This document shows positions 32,736 through 42,506 of a DNA stretch of 64,000 nucleotides, in pieces. How positions within the stretch are numbered: position 1 is the stretch's first letter; each line of letters begins with the position of its first letter. The position numbers and the translations under genes are program-made. The notes beneath the pieces are model-generated. The model did not search any database, was not told the origin of the DNA, and saw nothing but the letters and a program-made list of their open reading frames with translations. This DNA is from Porphyridium purpureum (lineage: Eukaryota), in contig VRMN01000001.1 in the NCBI GenBank assembly GCA_008690995.1, positions 2,914,001 to 2,978,000 of the forward strand. Reading direction: 5' to 3'.

Positions 32736-34772
32736 ATGTGGTCCCCAAAAGAAGTGTGGCGCGCAGTGAAAGCGCTCTTTCGTCGCGGGCCAGAGCGAAT
32801 ATGGATCGCTTCTGCGCATATGGATAAGAAGACAATCGAACGCACCTCACCCATACGCCTGTGGACCCTGCTCCTCAAGTGTCTAGTGCCTTTTCTGGTG
32901 GATTCCAAACGCGGAAGGCGCGAATGCTTCCTTGTGCTTTTTCTTATGGTACTCAATACTGTCGCGACTGTCGGCTTATCCTTCATAACCAAGGAGACTT
33001 GGGACGCGCTCAGCCAATATGACCACGAGCGATTCATTGCATGCACCCTAATCTTTGTGATCCTCATCCTCGTTGGTGATCCCATCTACGTGTTCTACAA
33101 ATTTCGCGCGCGCATTTTGGGCGTCATTTGGAGACAATGGCTCTCGACGAAGATGCTCGACATGTACTATACGCAGCGAGGATACTATGCGCTCGAGGCC
33201 GAACCGGAGATTGACAATCCGGACCAGCGAATGTCCCAAGACGTCAAGAATTTCACCGAGCTTTCTGTGCGCTTTATTACAGAGGTATCGACCTCGGCCA
33301 TCGACATTTTTGCGTTCAGCTTTATCCTCATGCGCATTTATATGCCGCTCTTCTTCTTTCTGTTGGCGTATACCATGGTTGGCTCCTGCGCAGGGTTCAT
33401 TATAGGCCGCAAGCTGATTATCTTGAATTTCTATAATTTGATGTCGGAGGCTGACCTGCGCTACTCGCTCATGCGTGTACGCGAAAACTGCGAATCTATC
33501 GCATTTTTCCGAGGCGAAGCACGAGAGCGCTACAGCAATCTCAAGTACCTGATGATTGCCATCGACAATGACGTTGCCGTGTTCAGCTGGCAAAGAAATC
33601 TTGACTATTTTTTGCAGTTTTACGTATACTTGGTGCAGGTGGTTCCTGTGCTGATGCTAGCACCAATGTATTTTGACAAGCACGTGTCCCTAGGCTCCAT
33701 GCAGCAGGCGTGGGCCGCTTTCAATGCGGTTCTTCGAGACATGAGCGTGATTGTGCTCAACTTTGACTCGGTGAGTGAGATGTCAGCTGCACTCGATCGC
33801 ATCGGCGAATTCCTCGAGTACATAGAAGAGCGGCAGAAGCGCCGTGCGGACCGCAAGCAAATGCGCGCAATCGACGTGCTCGATTTTGGTGAGTCTGCGA
33901 GCTCCAAGTCCGCCGCAGGTGTTGACGAATCCAGGGAAGGCGTCGTGCAGGACGGAGCCGTCGTGACTCCGCGCTCACGGCCTTCCATGGAGCGAAGATC
34001 GTCGTACATGCCCCAAGCGACCCGATCTGACTATATCTCGCTCGTGCAAGATCCGTCAGTTCCTATGATGCATTTGGAAAGGGTCACCCTTACAACTCCT
34101 GGTGAGGGCGCAATACCGCGCGTTTTGATTCGTGACCTAGAGCTCAATCTGCCGGCACGCAGCAGACTTCTGGTCGTAGGGCCTTCAGGGGCCGGAAAGT
34201 CGTCACTCTTACGCGCCATTGCAGGTCTGTGGGATACTGGATCGGGCACCATCCGCGTGAATGTGCTAGACAACGCCTTCTTCTTGCCCCAGCGCCCGTA
34301 CTGTACATTTGGGAGCCTACGCGACCAGGTCACGTACCCCATGGACCACATGGAGTATTCACACCTCGGCACAGACTTCATTGACGCACGCATCGAGCAC
34401 TTCCTGGCTCAGTGCAATTTGCCCAGGTTGATCGAGCGTGTGGGTGGACTCAATGCGCAGCGCAACTGGGCGCGCATGCTATCCCTCGGAGAGCAGCAGC
34501 GGGTCGCATTCGCTCGCATGCTTTTGAGCCAGGAGCTGAATCGTGCAAAGTTCGTGCTCCTGGACGAGGCATCAAGCGCACTTGACCCACACAGCGAAGC
34601 GCTCATGTACAACCTCATGGTTCCTCCGTTTGTTTCGGTGGGCCACCGCCCGAGTCTCATCATGTATCACGACGTAATGCTGAGGATTCTTGGAGAAGGA
34701 GAGTGGCGAGTTGAGCTCATCACTGACGCTCATCGTGAAGCTGCGCGTCGCGCGGCTGAATTTATCTTCTGA
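32736..34772 (+). CDS. ABCD-subfamily half transporter (YddA/plant ABCD2-like)
   Basis: IDNPDQR, EAA-like EADLRYSLMRVRENCESIAFFRGE, Walker A GPSGAGKS, signature LSLGEQQR, Walker B LLDEASSALD and SVGHR. The start may instead be the downstream Met (MDKKT). Confidence 0.93.
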   Translation: MWSPKEVWRAVKALFRRGPERIWIASAHMDKKTIERTSPIRLWTLLLKCLVPFLVDSKRGRRECFLVLFLMVLNTVATVGLSFITKETWDALSQYDHERFIACTLIFVILILVGDPIYVFYKFRARILGVIWRQWLSTKMLDMYYTQRGYYALEAEPEIDNPDQRMSQDVKNFTELSVRFITEVSTSAIDIFAFSFILMRIYMPLFFFLLAYTMVGSCAGFIIGRKLIILNFYNLMSEADLRYSLMRVRENCESIAFFRGEARERYSNLKYLMIAIDNDVAVFSWQRNLDYFLQFYVYLVQVVPVLMLAPMYFDKHVSLGSMQQAWAAFNAVLRDMSVIVLNFDSVSEMSAALDRIGEFLEYIEERQKRRADRKQMRAIDVLDFGESASSKSAAGVDESREGVVQDGAVVTPRSRPSMERRSSYMPQATRSDYISLVQDPSVPMMHLERVTLTTPGEGAIPRVLIRDLELNLPARSRLLVVGPSGAGKSSLLRAIAGLWDTGSGTIRVNVLDNAFFLPQRPYCTFGSLRDQVTYPMDHMEYSHLGTDFIDARIEHFLAQCNLPRLIERVGGLNAQRNWARMLSLGEQQRVAFARMLLSQELNRAKFVLLDEASSALDPHSEALMYNLMVPPFVSVGHRPSLIMYHDVMLRILGEGEWRVELITDAHREAARRAAEFIF

Positions 34773-34827
34773 TCGAAGTATAAATATTTCTGCGGCAGCC
34801 GTATGTTCTCCTTGTGTTTTTGAATGG

Positions 34828-36528
34828 TCAGGACACGTGAGTGGACCGACCTCCGTTGGTCCGCGCAATTTGGCAGAGTTGAAGTTGTTCGATAAGGGTC
34901 CGTTTCAAAACTTTGCCATTTGGATTGCGGGGTAGAGATGCGCAGAAATGAATGTATCGTGGCACCTTGAACCGAGATAGACCGTGCCTAGTGCAATGCT
35001 CTTGCAGCATTTCCAGTGTCGGTCGTTCTGCGTCTCTGCCGGATGCCACAACCAGTACAGCACAGACCGCTTCCCCAAGTCGCGCGTCTTTCACTCCAAC
35101 AACAGCACATTCCAAAATCATTTCCTGGTCGCGCATCAGAACTTCCTCAACCTCGGCGGCAAACACATTTTCGCCACCGCTTTTAATCATATCCTTTTTC
35201 CGACCAGCCAAAACGAGAGCGCCATCAGCGGTAAAGAAGCCCATGTCACCAGTCGCAAACCATTCGTCTTTTTCCCGTTTGGTCGACTGATTGCAATATC
35301 CGTAAAACATCTGCGGGCCTCGGGTCCAAATCTCACCCAAACGATAAGGAAAAACGTGGAGATCGCTGAGTGGCTCACTTGCGGTGGTTTCAAGGTCCAT
35401 AATTCCTAGCTCCACATGTCTCGGAGCAAATCCGCCCGGTAAATATTCTTCTCCGAATTTGTGCCCGCGCGTAAACGTAAGACTGCTGGCCGCTTCCGTC
35501 ATGCCGAACGCCTCGTATACTCGCGCGTGCGGGAAAGCATCACATGTTGCTGCCAGGAGTGAGTGATCCAACGCATTGCCACCAAATAGGAGCGTATGCA
35601 TTGATGTCGAAATCACACTGTCCCGGCCGTGGTTGTCATCCTGGCTTTGCTTACCGCCCAGCATTCGAAACATTATTGCGGGCACCACTACTAGCGTGTT
35701 CACATCGTATCGATGTATGAGCGCACGAATTTGATCACTTTCAGAACGGGAGCGCGCGGACGGAACAATATGAACGCCGCGCGCGCCGACGACAGCCAAG
35801 AATGAGTTCATACCGCCGACGTGGTACAGCGGTGCCAAGTGCAAGTATCTAGTGCTTGCATTATATCCGAGCACCTCGCATTTCGCGAGCGCCTGGACGA
35901 GCATATTTTCATGTGTCAAAATCGCACCTTTAGCTTCGCTGGACGTGCCAGAAGTGAAAAACACGCCGAATTCACTTTGATTATATTCACGCGCGTGTTG
36001 GATGTTCCTCGTGGGCGAAGTCATTTCAGAGCCCAGAAGCTGGCTACCATCCAAGCTCGCAAAGTATTGCATCGGGATGCATACGGGCTGGACCTTTCCA
36101 CCTTGCAAAAGTTCATCCGCCACCTCGGGTGCCAGTAAGCCTCCTTCGTACACTAGCACCGCCACATGCGCTGTTTGCAACGCACGCGCAATTTCGTTCA
36201 CCGACCATCGTGCGTTCAGAAGAACCAGAGAATACTCGCACAAAGGCACTGCAAAAAGCAATTGAATATACGTCGGCGAGTCACCGTACCCCAGCAGCGC
36301 CACCCGTAGAGGTTGCAAGGATCGATCAGCAAGCCCCTTCTCCACGAGTCTCAGCTTGGCTGCGACTCGCAAAACGTGACGTTCGAGCTCCGCGTAGCTC
36401 ACGGTGTGCCCTCCGTCCTCAAAGTACAGGCCCGGCGCATCGCCATCAGACCGCAGCGGCTCGAGCAAATGCTCGATTCGTGTACTCGTGCGGAAGCGTT
36501 CCAGCGCTGCTGCCATTGCCACTGCCAT
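34828..36528 (-). CDS. Acyl-activating enzyme, probably o-succinylbenzoate-CoA ligase (MenE/AAE14-like)
   Basis: LNARWS, FTSGTSSEAKG, LAK...GY....YLHLAPLYHVGG, FGMTEAASSLTF, APRHVE, WFATGDMG, GRKKDMIKSGGENV, LSRFKVP and GKV. The LAK/GY/YLH and LSRFKxP pattern resembles plant AAE14. Confidence 0.8.
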   Translation of the reverse strand: MAVAMAAALERFRTSTRIEHLLEPLRSDGDAPGLYFEDGGHTVSYAELERHVLRVAAKLRLVEKGLADRSLQPLRVALLGYGDSPTYIQLLFAVPLCEYSLVLLNARWSVNEIARALQTAHVAVLVYEGGLLAPEVADELLQGGKVQPVCIPMQYFASLDGSQLLGSEMTSPTRNIQHAREYNQSEFGVFFTSGTSSEAKGAILTHENMLVQALAKCEVLGYNASTRYLHLAPLYHVGGMNSFLAVVGARGVHIVPSARSRSESDQIRALIHRYDVNTLVVVPAIMFRMLGGKQSQDDNHGRDSVISTSMHTLLFGGNALDHSLLAATCDAFPHARVYEAFGMTEAASSLTFTRGHKFGEEYLPGGFAPRHVELGIMDLETTASEPLSDLHVFPYRLGEIWTRGPQMFYGYCNQSTKREKDEWFATGDMGFFTADGALVLAGRKKDMIKSGGENVFAAEVEEVLMRDQEMILECAVVGVKDARLGEAVCAVLVVASGRDAERPTLEMLQEHCTRHGLSRFKVPRYIHFCASLPRNPNGKVLKRTLIEQLQLCQIARTNGGRSTHVS

Positions 36529-36599
36529 TGCCACTGCATTTCACGCCAACCCAGCTATCACAATCATGTCACGCGTCCCTTGCGTCAGGACCTATCATG

Positions 36600-38010
36600 G
36601 GCGTCAATCTTCACCGGGTGGGAGGGAAATGTCTTGGTGTTCTACAAGACTTGCGTGAATGGCGTGTGTGGATAAACATGATCAGCGCCGAACTCCTGTC
36701 CTTGCTCAAAAGCGACACGAGAAGTATTTAACGGCGAGTCGAATTGCAGCAGTCTTGGACGTCGCAACACTAAAGTGTGATCGCTCTCTGAGCAGTTTTG
36801 AGACAAGCGCCAGCGAAAACGGCCGCCGGACTTTGAGCAAGATAATGGAGCGCCTGTGATCCGCGAGTTGTTGAGAAATTATATCCATGCCTTTCTTGGA
36901 GATGTCTAAGCATCCTCAGCAGAAGGTCATGATGTCTATCGCACCATTATGACAATCTCAGGCCTCCTGAGGGCGGACAAGGCCACATACAATTAACTTG
37001 CGGATACCTGCACTGAATGGACGCACAACCCTGCTGCTCAGTTCAAACAGCGCTGACAAGCACATGGCAACGGTACTATCTGCGCACGGGATAGTGCTGC
37101 CTGGAAAACGATGGACGCCCAAACGTGGAAAGGGACCACAACAGATGCCAGAAATTCGTTCACATACCGACTAATTACGGCTGAGTTTGAGGAATGAGAA
37201 CCGAGTCACCAAATGACAGCTCACACCTGGCAGCATCACTGCAATATCATTCACAGCATTCCGAGCGACCTTGAGTTTGACGAACAGGGCACCACCGTAA
37301 TCATACTGGACAACGTGTGCGTAGAAAAGGCAACCAGCATTCTGCGCAATCAAGGCTTGAGTACCATTGCATAGCTTGCAGAGAAACATTCTATGAACAT
37401 GGACTATCTTGTCCTGCACATTTCTGGGCTAAACTCTGTTCGCAACTGCTCTGAAGCCTGGCGTACAAAGGGATCATCTTGACGCATGGGACGTCCACTT
37501 GGACACCAATATAGTGGCAAGGATGACTTTGCATTGTTAATGGTCGCTTCTGGTCTGAGTGCCACACTGATTGCGAAACGACCCCAGACCGCGAATGAAG
37601 AAACTACATCGGAGAATGATCAGACCAAAATCCAGCTATCGTTGCAGTACGCTAAACGCGCAGTCGTAACAGCCTCTAGAAGGAAGCCTTTGTTTGCTGC
37701 TATAGTACACAACCAGGGAGCGTTCTACATACTGCAAAGCGAGAACCCTGACTCCGTGAACCATGAAGCGATTGATTGGCGCAAGCGATGCTTCTTTCAG
37801 GGAGCAGGCTGCATGTATCTCAACACGGTGATCAAGATATGGACTGGTAACGCTGGACATGTCACCGCTTTCCATGAAGCCTTGCTGATAGCAAAGACCG
37901 GCTTGCTGGAGGTCTTCAGAAAATGCACACGTCGTATGCTTGAGAATTTGAAGCGACTGATGTGCAGCTGCTATGCGCAGTATCTAAACCCTTTGAGGTC
38001 AAAAGACTGA
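36600..38010 (+). pseudogene. Possible decayed PPR-like gene remnant
   Basis: Interrupted frames; 36931-37014 reads DVYRTIMTISGLLRADKATYN*LADTC (PPR-like); several stops and frame changes. Confidence 0.25.
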
Positions 38011-38600
38011 CATCAGCTGTAAGAGAGCGTATGCGAATGTGACGAGTGAATTCACAGCAGGCGACCCCAACGCACTGATGGTGCAGGGGTGATGCCATGT
38101 TTCCTGCAGCTGGACGTGGTCGTCCCGCGCTTCCCATCTCAGGGATGGGCTAGAAAGTGGTGTCCGCAGCAACTGCACTGGATCCCGACGAGTCTCACGT
38201 ATCAAAGCTAGCTGCTCGCTGCGGCTGATGCTTTCGCAGCGAGTTCCAGGTCCTTTGAAGTCAGCAGAGAAGTGACCGATCCTGGGAGCTTCGCATGCGT
38301 CAAAACAATACGAACTTTCGTAGAATCTCGAAGCGTAACAAGTCAGCGACGATCAACCTTTTCTATCTTTATCTTGAGTGTACTTGTTGAAGACCGATGC
38401 CCAAAACTTTCGGACGCGGCAACATCTCGGACGACGCACATGAGGCATCAGTTCTTGAAAGAGGAATTTCTTGAGCTACACCTGGTGCTCGTATTCGACA
38501 TCACGGAGAATGAATTAGTCATGTCGTTCGCACTTTACTGTCGAGTTACTTCGTCCACTAGAAGAGGTAGCATCTGCTCGTTACGAATAATGATAAACTG

Positions 38601-39710
38601 TCATGCCAGAACCGCCTTCCATCCCGAGCCAACGTCAAATAAGCGATACAACAGCGTCGAAATAAAGATGTTGGTCGCAAAGAACGAACCCACGGCAACG
38701 ATGCTGCGTGGAGACAGGCGCGCGAGGCCAGCAATTCCATGACCAGAAGTGCAACCGCTGCCCAGGCACGTCCCAAATCCGACGAGCAGGCCGCCGACGA
38801 GGTAAAAGGCGTCGGAACGCACCATATGATTGTCGAGCGAACCGGGTCGGAACATGGATAACAGAACACCCGCGGCGATCAAACCAACCAGAAAGAAGCC
38901 ACGATAAATTTTGGACTCGAAGCGGACAGTGGCATCAAACAGTGCGCTCACCAGCCCGCTGATGCCAAGAACTTGGCCTGCGAGAATCATCATTGCCCCC
39001 ACCGCGCTGCCAATCATCAGTCCGCCAACGATGGGCTCCGTATACGAAATGGTGAATTCACGCATCGGCGGCGACGTCTTGAATCGCGCGGCGTCCATCG
39101 CCACCGTGATCACTGCCAGCGCAACAGCAGAAGCACCAATTGCGCTTGTGGCGCCTGGGCGCTCCATTGACGAGCGGAGACTACTCTGGATGGTCTTGCA
39201 CAGAATCATTCCGACAAGCATGGTCCCCACGAACAGAATAGTCTTAAAGTTGAGCGAAGCCACTGCGACGAGCCCGGGCCCTGGGCAAAACCCGGTGAAT
39301 GCCCAACCGGCGCCGAACAAAACACTCCCTACCACGAGCGCGTGGTCGATATCCGTTCTGCACGGAATGTTGAATTCGTCCGCGAAGACGGGCTTCTTGA
39401 AGATGGGCTTGAGCACATAATAGACGACCGAGTTTGCAATGAGACCAGACATGAACACCAGCGCCAGCGACGGATCCCAATGTCCCTCGATCATATTGAA
39501 CAGGTTAAAGAAGCCGTTTGCGTGCCTCGGGTCGACCATCCCACTGATGCCCAGTCCCGCGCCCAGCAGGAGCGCGCAAAGGAAAAAGCTTGCCGCGAGC
39601 CCCCACGAAATTGGCGGCCTTTCGGCCAGCGCCACGGCATCGCCCTTTCCCGCGACCGACGGCGTCGCGTCGCTCTCCGCACTTGCGGTCTCGTCGTTCG
39701 CCATGGCCAT
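38601..39710 (-). CDS. YeeE/YedE-family sulfur-compound transporter: DUF6691(PmpB)-like half fused N-terminal to a PmpA-like half
   Basis: N half: GLGISGMVDP, WDPSLALV, DIDHALVVGSVLFGAGWAFTGFCPGP. C half: GGLMIG, GISG, GFGTCLGSGCTSGHGIAGLARLSPRS. Confidence 0.9.
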   Translation of the reverse strand: MAMANDETASAESDATPSVAGKGDAVALAERPPISWGLAASFFLCALLLGAGLGISGMVDPRHANGFFNLFNMIEGHWDPSLALVFMSGLIANSVVYYVLKPIFKKPVFADEFNIPCRTDIDHALVVGSVLFGAGWAFTGFCPGPGLVAVASLNFKTILFVGTMLVGMILCKTIQSSLRSSMERPGATSAIGASAVALAVITVAMDAARFKTSPPMREFTISYTEPIVGGLMIGSAVGAMMILAGQVLGISGLVSALFDATVRFESKIYRGFFLVGLIAAGVLLSMFRPGSLDNHMVRSDAFYLVGGLLVGFGTCLGSGCTSGHGIAGLARLSPRSIVAVGSFFATNIFISTLLYRLFDVGSGWKAVLA

Positions 39711-40012
39711 CGCGCTCGTCCACGCCAAGAGTACTCTCGAGCGATGAATCATCCACCGCAGCGCGCTACCCCACAATCCACCTCTTGACCAAAGACAGAC
39801 CGGCGACTTGCGTGCGCGAGGTTTGCACGGGGCAGCGCACTTCGGACGGCTGGTCACTTGATATAGGGAGCGACGCGCGTCATCGTGGAGAATTCGCGTG
39901 CCGCTTTGCGTCGCCGCAAACTGGTCGATGCGGAACTGGCGGAATGCTTTGCGCTTCCGCTCGTGCGCCAAACGCACGCTCCGCGCTCCGCGTTCCGCAT
40001 CGCCGGATCTCA

Positions 40013-40131
40013 CTGTACACTACGCATTCCCTTTCCACACCAACTGTACACTACTCCCCATCCAAACCCTAGCTGCACTCACTCATGGACTGTACACCCC
40101 AACTGAACATCCGCCCTTGTAGCTCCTGTAC
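40013..40131. promoter_or_regulatory. Cluster of 4 CTGTAC (three as ACTGTACAC) between divergent YeeE and ispD genes
   Basis: CTGTAC at 40013, 40044, 40090 and 40126. Confidence 0.6.
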
Positions 40132-40280
40132 TCAGCCATGCAATGCATTACATTGTAATTGGCATTGTCATGGCGTGGTGGTGGAGTGCGGGAGATTGTG
40201 GGTATTGTTTTGGGGGTGAGGAGGAAGAGAGAAGGGGAGACGAGGAACGGCGAGCGGTCGGTTTGTTCACCAGAATAACG

Positions 40281-41255
40281 ATGCGGAGATGTGCTGCGAT
40301 GGACAGTGACTCGCGGATGGACAGTCGCACATTGCGTGAGATTCAGGCAGAGGCATCAGCAGCTGCGTTCTGCCCATCCGTGGCTCCGCATGTAAGATCG
40401 GCGTCTGTTGATTCACCACACGGCCACGGCTTCACGAGTGCAGGCGTTTGCCGTGCAGATCGCTTCAGCCAAGCATTCTCGATACGAGCCAGGTCTACGC
40501 TCAAGCAGCGCATGCAGGCGCTGGACGCATTGCGCATGATGCATGCAGACGCGGACGCGCCGAGGTTCTCGGCGATTGTGTTGGCCGGAGGCGTCGGCAG
40601 TCGCATGAAAGCTGATCGACCCAAGCAGTTTTTGGAGCTAGATGGTAAGAGTATTGTGCAGCGCTCGCTAGATATTTTCCTAGCCATGGAAGAGGTGGAC
40701 ACGCTCGTACTGGTCGTGGACGCCGCGTACCGCGACCGGTTTTCGCACCTGCGCGAACATCTTCAATTCGCAGACCCGGGCAAGGAGCGCCAAGACTCAG
40801 TATTTAATGGTCTGCAAAAGATTGTACGCGACTCAAAGTCAAATGGTGGAGGGCTTGTGGCAGTTCATGATGCGGCCCGACCTCTGGTAACGGTGCGCGA
40901 GGTTCGCGAAGTTGTGCGAGATGCGCATGCGCATGGCGCGGCCGTTCTAGGCGTTCCTAGCAAAGCGACAATCAAGGAGTCTGAAGATGGCAAGTTTGTG
41001 CTCCGAACTATCGCAAGGTCGCGTTTGTGGGAGATCCAGACGCCACAGGTTGTCCGATACGACACGTTTTTGCGCGGCTTTGAGCAGGTGCGCTTGAACA
41101 ACCTTGCGGTCACTGACGATGCGTCCATTGTCGAGCAGATCGGTGAACCCGTCAGAATCACCATGGGCCAGTACACTAATATCAAGATAACGACACCCGA
41201 GGACATGCAGATTGCCGAGTCGATTCTCGCGGAAATAGAGCAGCAGCCACAGTAG
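40281..41255 (+). CDS. ispD: 2-C-methyl-D-erythritol 4-phosphate cytidylyltransferase with plastid transit-like extension
   Basis: LAGGVGSRM, PKQFL, GKERQDSVFNGL, VHDAARPLV, LWEIQTPQ, VTDDASIVE and NIKITTPED. The exact start Met is uncertain. Confidence 0.95.
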   Translation: MRRCAAMDSDSRMDSRTLREIQAEASAAAFCPSVAPHVRSASVDSPHGHGFTSAGVCRADRFSQAFSIRARSTLKQRMQALDALRMMHADADAPRFSAIVLAGGVGSRMKADRPKQFLELDGKSIVQRSLDIFLAMEEVDTLVLVVDAAYRDRFSHLREHLQFADPGKERQDSVFNGLQKIVRDSKSNGGGLVAVHDAARPLVTVREVREVVRDAHAHGAAVLGVPSKATIKESEDGKFVLRTIARSRLWEIQTPQVVRYDTFLRGFEQVRLNNLAVTDDASIVEQIGEPVRITMGQYTNIKITTPEDMQIAESILAEIEQQPQ

Positions 41256-41363
41256 AAAGACACACATTGCACCGAAGAACAAAGGTGCACGACGATCATC
41301 CCGCGCTTCAAGCCGCTTGGATAGCGTGTAGTCGCTAATAAAGGGGAAGGGTTTATTCGTGGA

Positions 41364-42470
41364 ATGCAGGAGCTAACTTTGGAAGAGTTTGCGGCGGCGT
41401 CTGTCGCGAACACGGATGGGGTGGTGTCAAAGCTGAACGAAGCGCACGTCGTGGCGCGCTTTCAGGAGCGCGCGATTCGCACAGGGAAAGTGGGAGTGTG
41501 CCTCGCGGCCGGACAAGGCTCTCGCTTTATTAGCGACACGCCAAAAGTTCTTCACGCGTTTCGAGGCAAAGCTCTCGTGTTGCATGCAGTTGATGCGGTC
41601 TTGGATGCCGGGATTCCGCTGGTGCTGGTTGTAGGTGTGGCCATGGACCAGGTCATGGAGTGCGTTTCTCGCCACGTCGAGAACAAGTTCGATAAGGGTC
41701 TGGAAGGTCGCGTGGTGTTTGTGCACCAACCAAGGCCGCTGGGAACTGGTCACGCAGTCTACATGGCATCTGAAGTGCTTCCGAAGGAATTTCCGGGTGA
41801 CGTGATTGTCGTGTACGCAGACAACCCTGGAGTGGACTCTAACCTGTTGAACGCGCTAGCCAAGTTTCATGATACCGGAAAGAAAACGAGCAAGCTCAGC
41901 GCAAGCATTTTAAGCGGAAGCCGCGCAGCTGTTGGACTTGGCGCGGCCAATTATGGACGCCTCGTGCGCTGCCCAAAATCCGAGCACGAGCGACAAAAAG
42001 TCTCAGAAGATGCTGCTGCCCAGGATTCACAGCTGCGACATCGCGTCCTTGATATTGTCGAGAGAAAATACATTGATTCGCTGCCGGACGAGAAAGGCTT
42101 TGTGGTCACCTACGAGTATACATCACCGGGTTTGCAGCGTGCGGGCTCGAAGCGGAAAATAGAGTCCGTGAGCTTCTCAAAGCAGGATCTGCTTGAATTG
42201 GACGAGTTCAATTCAGGCATTGTCCTGGCGCAAGCCAAGATCTACTTTGAAGTTCTGGCTCACGTACGGGCTGCCCAGACGAAGAAGGACCCTCCCAAGT
42301 TCGAATTTTACGCTACGGATTTTGTGAAGGGTATGGTCGCTCGTGGCCTTATTGTGGATGCTTGGAAGATCGATGATGCACTTTTGTGGCGACTTGAAGG
42401 CGCGAACACCGTAGAGGAACTCGCCGAGCTCGAGACCCGATTCAAATGCAAAGAAGCGATCTGCGAATAG
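41364..42470 (+). CDS. Stand-alone GlmU N-terminal-type sugar-1-phosphate nucleotidyltransferase (no acetyltransferase domain)
   Basis: LAAGQGSRF.SDTPKVLH, Q...LGTGHAV, VVYAD, NYGRLVR, IVERK, EFNSG, EFYATD and GANTVEELAELE, then stop; no hexapeptide repeats. Confidence 0.85.
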   Translation: MQELTLEEFAAASVANTDGVVSKLNEAHVVARFQERAIRTGKVGVCLAAGQGSRFISDTPKVLHAFRGKALVLHAVDAVLDAGIPLVLVVGVAMDQVMECVSRHVENKFDKGLEGRVVFVHQPRPLGTGHAVYMASEVLPKEFPGDVIVVYADNPGVDSNLLNALAKFHDTGKKTSKLSASILSGSRAAVGLGAANYGRLVRCPKSEHERQKVSEDAAAQDSQLRHRVLDIVERKYIDSLPDEKGFVVTYEYTSPGLQRAGSKRKIESVSFSKQDLLELDEFNSGIVLAQAKIYFEVLAHVRAAQTKKDPPKFEFYATDFVKGMVARGLIVDAWKIDDALLWRLEGANTVEELAELETRFKCKEAICE

Positions 42471-42506
42471 TTAGCCATTTAAAGTACAGAAATTCTTCTG
42501 ATTCAG

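Noticed and set aside
38272..38742. ORF with a faint DYW-deaminase-like look (LRIMINCH)
   Set aside because: Lacks HSE and CxDC motifs; its 3' part is just the antisense of the YeeE gene end.
40064..40072. AAACCCTAG telo-box/telomere-like motif
   Set aside because: Single copy with no array; cannot be distinguished from chance.
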